From Clostridia bacterium (GTDB lineage Bacteria > Bacillota > Clostridia > TANB77 > CAG-465), in contig JAGAIU010000015.1 of the NCBI GenBank assembly GCA_017626395.1, positions 3,746 to 67,745 of the forward strand: a DNA stretch of 64,000 nucleotides. The letters run 5' to 3'. The notes under the pieces were generated by a model that did not search any database, was not told the origin of the DNA, and was given only the letters and a program-made list of their open reading frames with translations. Shown here piece after piece: positions 59,656 to 64,000 of the stretch (positions are counted from its first letter, which is position 1; each line of letters starts with the position of its first letter). The translations under genes and the position numbers were made by a program.

Positions 59656-60648
59656 ATGAACGATAATAAAAGAAAAATAGTTAGTATTTTTAGTATAATT
59701 GTAGTTTTATTAATTGTAGTAATTATAATTGCTGGCATCATAATTATTTCAAACTTATTTAAAGATGATTCTTATGAAAGAGATGACACAGATAGAGAAT
59801 TAAGACAAGAAGCTATTGATTTATTTGAAGAAAAAAGTGGAAAAATTGTAACAGTATCAAGCATGGTAGATTTTAATACAGTAAAAGCATGTATTCAAAA
59901 GTTTTACTCATATTATCCTTCAATGTATGATGAAAAAGTAATAAATGGAGAATATGGTGAAAATATCAATCTTGATTATTATAAACAAAGAACTTATTAT
60001 TTCTTAAGTTCAGGATATTGTACTAGAAATGATGTGACATTAGATAATATAAATTCAAAATTGCCAGAATTAAAAGGAACTTTCTTACCAGAAATATATT
60101 CAATGTATTACATTACATATGATCAAAATGTTAAACTATATTTTGTAACTGGTATGTTAAGGGATGAAAGTAATAAAGGAATACCTTTTTCAATAAATGT
60201 ATACATGGATACTGTTAATAATTATTTTGAAATAGATTTAGATAATTTATTGCAAAAAAAATACGATGAGTTAAAAGTCGGAGAAGAAATTACAGTTTCA
60301 ATTCCTGAAAATGTATTAGGAAGAACATATAATAAATTTGGTCCAGCTGCAACAACGTATGGTGACTTTTCAAAAATGTTATTTGATAATATAGTTAATT
60401 TATTATTATACAACCCAGATAAAGCATATGAGCTGCTAAGTGAAGCTGGAAAAGCAAGATTTTCTACAGTTGAAGATTTAAGAAATTTTGTTACTACTAA
60501 TAAAAAAGAAATATTACTTTTAAGTTTTAAAATGTATGAAAATAATTATGTAGATGGGAAGTTAAACGTTAACTTATATGATAAAAATTCAGAATATATT
60601 TTTAACGTCATATTGGAAGACTTTTCTTCTTTCAAATTTTCTTTTTAA
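59656..60648 (+). CDS. hypothetical membrane-anchored protein, last gene of the cluster
   Basis: RBS GGGGGGT, N-terminal TM helix, followed by a terminator. Confidence 0.35.
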   Translation: MNDNKRKIVSIFSIIVVLLIVVIIIAGIIIISNLFKDDSYERDDTDRELRQEAIDLFEEKSGKIVTVSSMVDFNTVKACIQKFYSYYPSMYDEKVINGEYGENINLDYYKQRTYYFLSSGYCTRNDVTLDNINSKLPELKGTFLPEIYSMYYITYDQNVKLYFVTGMLRDESNKGIPFSINVYMDTVNNYFEIDLDNLLQKKYDELKVGEEITVSIPENVLGRTYNKFGPAATTYGDFSKMLFDNIVNLLLYNPDKAYELLSEAGKARFSTVEDLRNFVTTNKKEILLLSFKMYENNYVDGKLNVNLYDKNSEYIFNVILEDFSSFKFSF

Positions 60649-60673
60649 AAATATAAAATAATAACTATAATAA

Positions 60674-60704
60674 AAGAAGGATTCAGAAATGAATCCTTCT
60701 TTTC
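60674..60704 (+). terminator. intrinsic terminator ending the T4SS-like operon
   Basis: AAGAAGGATTC-AGAAAT-GAATCCTTCTT followed by TTCT. Confidence 0.65.
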
Positions 60705-60820
60705 TATAAAGTGCTAAAGTAATTTTACATAAATTTGATTTTCTGCTTTAAATATGATAAAATATAAGTATAGAATATATTTTTTTATTCGAAATTTAAT
60801 AATTGAGAGGAGAGATTGCG

Positions 60821-61003
60821 ATGTTTGAATTAATCGTAGCTGCATTTTTTATTTTCGTCTTTGTAATGACTATTAAAAATATGTTTGGAGGATTATGGTC
60901 TAGAAATAAAAAAACAAAAGGTAAGATGCCTAAATTTATTTCTTTTTTATTATGGATTATAGTTATCTTCATGTTAGTATTAGTTATTAGATTTATATTT
61001 TAA
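60821..61003 (+). CDS. small two-TM membrane protein (60 aa)
   Basis: Start at ATG 60821 after an AGGAGAG RBS. A terminator follows. Confidence 0.4.
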   Translation: MFELIVAAFFIFVFVMTIKNMFGGLWSRNKKTKGKMPKFISFLLWIIVIFMLVLVIRFIF

Positions 61004-61033
61004 TAATTAATTAAGATATTTAATGAAAATAAT

Positions 61034-61066
61034 AAAAAGGAGGATTTAAAAAAATCCTTCTTTTTT
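61034..61066 (+). terminator. intrinsic terminator
   Basis: AAGGAGGATTT-AAAAAA-ATCCTTCTT followed by TTTTAT. Confidence 0.55.
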
Positions 61067-61174
61067 ATGGCATATAATATAGCTAATTTTTTACAATTAT
61101 ATTCTTTTGTATATATTGCATAAAATTCTCAAATATTATATAATAGTTACATAATATAAAAATTAATTTTTAGA

Positions 61175-62017
61175 ATGGGGGGATTAATAAGTAATAATTT
61201 ACTTAACAATATGGAAAAAGGAAATAAAAATATGAAAAATAAAAGAAATGTTAAACCAAAACTTAATATTGAGAATTTAGAAAATATTAAAGAGACTCAA
61301 CAAGTATTAGATATGTATATCGAAGAAGTAGATGAAAATTTAAATATGATAGGTAAAGTTGGAAAAGATATAAAAGCTATAATACCTAGAGATGAAGCAT
61401 CTTCTGTTGTTGGAGATGATGGACTTGTTGAAGAAAAATATATTGTAAATAAAAAAGGTAAAGTGTTACCAGTATGTATAAAAGAAATAGTGAAAAACGA
61501 TAGTCAAGTTGAACTTATAATGTCTAAAAAAATACTTGAGTTAAAAGTTAGAAAATGGATGTACATGCATTTAAAACCAGGAGTTAAATTAAGAGGTATA
61601 GTAGTAGGATTAAAAGACTATGCTGCTTTTGTTGACGTTGGTGGTGGTGTAACAGGAATACTAAAATTACAAGATATGTCTGATTCTATACTTACTAATT
61701 CGGCAGATATGTTTAAACTTGGTCAAAGAATAGAAGTTATAGTGAAAAAATATGACAGAGATACAGGAAGAATAGAATTATCATATAAAGAATTACTTGG
61801 AACTTTTGAAGATAATGTTAAAAAGTTTAAAGAAGGCGACATAGTAGATGGTATTGTAAGAAATAGAATAAAAACTGGTGTTTTTGTTGAATTAATGCCA
61901 AATATTATTGGTATTGCTGAACATGTTAATGGAATTGAATATGGTCAAAAAGTTTTAGTAAGCATAAAGAAAATAAATTTAGAGAAAAAGAAGATAAAAT
62001 TAATAATAATTGGTTAA
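61175..62017 (+). CDS. S1 RNA-binding domain protein (two S1-like modules). The exact start is uncertain (61211 or 61232 are possible).
   Basis: GVKLRGIVVGLKDYAAFVDVGGGVTGI and GDIVDGIVRNRIKTGVFVEL are S1 folds. Confidence 0.5.
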   Translation: MGGLISNNLLNNMEKGNKNMKNKRNVKPKLNIENLENIKETQQVLDMYIEEVDENLNMIGKVGKDIKAIIPRDEASSVVGDDGLVEEKYIVNKKGKVLPVCIKEIVKNDSQVELIMSKKILELKVRKWMYMHLKPGVKLRGIVVGLKDYAAFVDVGGGVTGILKLQDMSDSILTNSADMFKLGQRIEVIVKKYDRDTGRIELSYKELLGTFEDNVKKFKEGDIVDGIVRNRIKTGVFVELMPNIIGIAEHVNGIEYGQKVLVSIKKINLEKKKIKLIIIG

Positions 62018-62024
62018 AAAGTTA

Positions 62025-62060
62025 AATTGTATACAAGTTACTTGTATACAATTTTTTTAT
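62025..62060 (+). terminator. intrinsic terminator
   Basis: AATTGTATACAAG-TTA-CTTGTATACAATT followed by TTTTTATTTT. It lies inside the 5' end of the ORF-track ORF 62027, so that gene's start was moved downstream. Confidence 0.7.
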
Positions 62061-62098
62061 TTTATGATAGTATATATGTATTAAATGGAGGGATTAAA

Positions 62099-63739
62099 TT
62101 GGATAAAAAGGTAATAATTAAATTTAATATAATTGCTATAATTTCAATTATTATAATAGCTATTTGTGTTACTCCCATTAGTTTTCAAAATGACACATTT
62201 TATACTATCAAGATAGGTGAGCAAATAGCAGAAAATGGAATAGATATGCAAGAGCATTTTTCGTGGCATGAAGGATTAGAGTATACATATCCGCATTGGT
62301 TGTATGATCTTATAACGTATCATGTATATAATTTTTTAGGATTTAAGGGAATATATATACTCACTTGTATATTATCTTGCATATTAGGATTAAGTTTATA
62401 TTTTGTAAATGTAAAAAAAGGGAAAAATCATGTAGTTGCACTTGTTTTTTCATCGATTGTTTTGTTATTAATGCAACAATTTTTAGCTGCTAGAGCTCAG
62501 TTAGTAACATTTGTTTTATTTTTATTTACGTATTATTTTATAGAACAATTTATAGAGACAAAGAAAAAAAGATATGCAATAGGACTTATTATAATTCCTA
62601 TATTAATAGCTAATTTTCATTTAGCTGTATTTCCTTTTTATTTTATTTTATATTTACCATATTTAGCAGAATATTTTATAGCTTGTAGATTAGAAGAAAA
62701 TATTTACAAGAAAAAATATATAGCTAAATTAGAGAAGAAGATTAAAAAGTTAGAAGCTAAAAATAAAACTACAAAAAAAGTACAATTAGAGGAAAGAGTG
62801 AAAAAGTTAAAAGAAAGAGATGTTGAAAAAGAAAAAGCAAGAGTAGATAATATATTAAATAAATTTAATATTAAAAAACACGATTCGGTTAAAATTTTAA
62901 TAGTAATTATGATAATATGCTTATTTACTGGCTTTTTAACACCACTTGGTACAACACCATATACATATTTAATAAAAACTTTACAAGGAAATACAACACA
63001 ATATATATCTGAACATCAACCAATAATTTTAGCAATTGAATTAGGAGCTTTTCCAGTTTTATTATTAGCTATAGTTGTAATAGCATTTACTAATATTAAA
63101 ATAACAATAAGTGATTTATTTATGTTTGGTGGTTTAGGAATCTTAACAATAATGTCTAGAAGACAAGCTTCTATGCTACTTTTGATAGGTTGTATAATAT
63201 TAGGCAAATGGATTATAGAATTTATTAAAAACTATTCATATGGTGAATATAATTCTTATTCATTAATAAAAAAAATAACAAGTAAACTAGGAATATGTAT
63301 TATGTTTCTATTAGTAATAAACATTGGAGTTGTTGAATTAGAAAATAAAATAAGAGATAAATTCGTAGATGAAAAAGAATATCCTGTTCAAGCTTGTGAT
63401 TACATATTAGAAAATTTAAATGTTGATGAAATGAAACTATATAATGAATATAATTATGGTAGTTATATATTATATAGAGATATACCAGTATTTATAGATT
63501 CAAGAGCAGACTTATACTCTCCTGAATTTAATCCAGGGATAAATATTTTCACAGAAGCAGTAGATGTTTTACTTGGAAATGAATTTTATGGTCCAGTTTT
63601 TGAAAAATATGGAATAACACATTTATTATTAAAAAATGATTCATATACTAATCGTATTGTATCTAATGTTGATACTGAAAATTATACAGCTATTTATTCA
63701 GATGAATATTTTACTTTATACGAAAAAAATAATATATAA
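62099..63739 (+). CDS. polytopic membrane protein, possible GT-C-type glycosyltransferase with a coiled-coil cytoplasmic loop (TTG start)
   Basis: More than 10 TM helices and a K/E-rich loop. TTG 62099 is preceded by a GGAGGGA RBS. Family assignment is tentative. Confidence 0.4.
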   Translation: MDKKVIIKFNIIAIISIIIIAICVTPISFQNDTFYTIKIGEQIAENGIDMQEHFSWHEGLEYTYPHWLYDLITYHVYNFLGFKGIYILTCILSCILGLSLYFVNVKKGKNHVVALVFSSIVLLLMQQFLAARAQLVTFVLFLFTYYFIEQFIETKKKRYAIGLIIIPILIANFHLAVFPFYFILYLPYLAEYFIACRLEENIYKKKYIAKLEKKIKKLEAKNKTTKKVQLEERVKKLKERDVEKEKARVDNILNKFNIKKHDSVKILIVIMIICLFTGFLTPLGTTPYTYLIKTLQGNTTQYISEHQPIILAIELGAFPVLLLAIVVIAFTNIKITISDLFMFGGLGILTIMSRRQASMLLLIGCIILGKWIIEFIKNYSYGEYNSYSLIKKITSKLGICIMFLLVINIGVVELENKIRDKFVDEKEYPVQACDYILENLNVDEMKLYNEYNYGSYILYRDIPVFIDSRADLYSPEFNPGINIFTEAVDVLLGNEFYGPVFEKYGITHLLLKNDSYTNRIVSNVDTENYTAIYSDEYFTLYEKNNI

Positions 63740-63746
63740 TAAAGAA

Positions 63747-63778
63747 AGCTAGCATTTATTTTAATGCTAGCTCTTATA
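63747..63778 (+). terminator. intrinsic terminator
   Basis: AGCTAGCATT-TATTTTAA-TGCTAGCT followed by CTTATATTTT. Confidence 0.6.
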
Positions 63779-63879
63779 TTTTAAAGTTAAATTATGTTGA
63801 CATAAAACATAAATTGTGATATAATAGGCACACTTGAGAAAATGTGAACTTGAAAATAATTATTAAGGAGGGGTGCCTT

Positions 63880-64000
63880 ATGGCAAATATTTATGGTCCA
63901 GGAATTAATTATTCCTCATATCATTGTAAAACATGTCCATTTCTAAATATGGGAGACAGAAAAAACTCAAAATGTTATTGTGAAAAAAATAGGTATTACG
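63880..64000 (+). CDS. Cys-rich protein, N-terminal fragment (continues beyond the window)
   Basis: RBS AAGGAGGGG. The fragment reads MANIYGPGINYSSYHCKTCPFLNMGDRKNSKCYCEKNRYY with CxxC pairs. Confidence 0.3.
   Translation, partial: MANIYGPGINYSSYHCKTCPFLNMGDRKNSKCYCEKNRYY

Noticed and set aside
62027-62098. The 5' extension of the 570-aa membrane protein ORF.
   Set aside because: It contains the S1-gene terminator hairpin (62025-62060). A TTG at 62099 preceded by GGAGGGA is a better start.

Overview
This is an AT-rich (roughly 27-29% GC, estimated by eye) chromosomal segment from a spore-forming, low-GC Firmicute of the Clostridia class; I could not place the organism more precisely. Most genes lie on the + strand. 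The window carries a core housekeeping and sporulation backbone: a murF-like gene and ddl, an SNF2/SWIM helicase, the complete spoIIIAA-AH operon, secA, pth, rplU-rpmA, trpS, obg, pgi and ytfI-ytfJ. Several apparent accessory inserts interrupt this backbone. (1) A ~16 kb, co-oriented gene cluster at 44.6-60.6 kb resembles a conjugative-type type IV secretion (T4SS)/pilus system. It contains TraX, an SSB-like protein, an M23 peptidase, three VirB2/TrbC-like pilin paralogues (one an internal tandem fusion), a VirB3/PrgI-like protein, a VirB4 ATPase, a VirB6-like protein and a large lysozyme+CHAP wall hydrolase. It has no relaxase, integrase or coupling protein in cis, although a lone VirD4/TraG-like ATPase lies 20 kb away on the opposite strand. 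(2) A ~3.6 kb insert between rpmA and trpS-obg carries an apparently frameshifted gene of unknown function, a second unknown gene and a beta-CASP metallo-beta-lactamase nuclease. (3) A candidate type I toxin-antitoxin-like locus next to tRNA-Lys consists of a 22-aa hydrophobic peptide mRNA with a sequestered Shine-Dalgarno (SD) sequence, plus a convergent small RNA that shares a bidirectional terminator. (4) Two further promoter-plus-terminator small-RNA or attenuator candidates are present. Other oddities: the MurF-like ligase has a membrane-spanning N-terminus, Ddl has a Gly/Lys-rich insertion, and a tandem SpoT-type HD hydrolase has a degenerate second domain. No CRISPR arrays, rRNA genes, transposases or integrases were seen.
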